From contig ADNK01001860.1 in assembly GCA_000320545.1 (NCBI GenBank), positions 176,729-240,728 of the forward strand: a stretch of DNA of 64,000 nucleotides. Reading direction: 5' to 3'. A program made the position numbers and the translations under genes. The DNA is from Bigelowiella natans CCMP2755 (taxonomy: Eukaryota; Protista; Cercozoa). Below, piece by piece: positions 63,367-64,000 of this stretch; the first letter of the stretch is position 1, and each line of letters opens with the position of its first letter. The notes beneath the pieces were generated by a model. That model was not told the origin of the DNA. It was given only the letters and a program-made list of their open reading frames with translations, and made no database searches.

Positions 63367-64000
63367 GGTGGATGCTTGCAATTATAGCCACTATACTATC
63401 AAAACTGCAAGCAGCATTACCGTAACTACTTTAAAGTTCTGTACACCGGATATTATTAAAGCTTTCTTAAAGCTGTGGTGGTGGGAGTAATGATGGCGAT
63501 CGTGATGATGACGACGACGACGACGAATTGAAAGCGGCTGCATCAGTGCTATATTCACTGGAGCAGCAAACACAAATCAACACATAAAACATGAAATATA
63601 TACACTAACGGCAGAAGATTCACCATATAATACAAATATACCAGCCATATTTATCACCATCATCATCACCACATTCTGTTGTTTGCTCGGTCCTCATCAA
63701 ACCCCCACCGTGGATCACACTGACACGTGAATGCCGACTAATCCGCTGCGTTAATCGGTTGAATATGGTATTGATAACAAGGTTTACAGTAAGAACGACG
63801 CAATGAAGAAGAAACAGGTCAAATTTGGAATTTTGGAAAGATTATTGTCTTTGCTGCAGCGACTAATGATTTCTTCGACTATTGATATGAGAAGGTGGCA
63901 CTGGACCAATCCTTCGTTCGAGGTGATACGGGAGGAAACATGGGCCAGGTGCCACTATCAATTTGGATTATATCATATATATGTACATGTATATATATAT

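Overview
Gene-dense eukaryotic nuclear DNA, most likely from a chlorarachniophyte alga (inferred from an LHCX/LI818 gene and a fibrillin-like gene whose presequences are a signal peptide plus an Arg/Ser-rich transit peptide). About 15 protein genes are visible: a Clu-domain protein, a chromodomain protein, an EF-hand protein, a U2AF65-like factor, an SNF2-PHD remodeller, an NRK-like kinase, OSCA/TMEM63, an RNF4-like ligase, V-ATPase F, a GH25 lysozyme-C39 fusion, an orphan 2-TM protein, cullin-3, a SAM-like protein, LHCX and a fibrillin. Many have microsatellite-filled introns. The standout signal is four sharply bounded islands of transposon- or virus-like DNA (about 5.3-6.5, 41.0-43.8, 45.7-47.2 and 54.6-55.5 kb) that have lost almost every TpA. 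By hand count there are 17 TA in about 6.45 kb, all followed by G and 12 of them in CTAG. Repeat copies differ by TG versus CA versus TA, CpG is retained, and the relic ORFs have no Tyr. Reversing TG/CA to TA restores recognisable viral-protein motifs. This looks like repeat-targeted TpA->TpG/CpA (A:T->G:C) hypermutation, the mirror image of fungal RIP, and is a candidate genome-defence system. Exon boundaries and counts were made by eye and are approximate.
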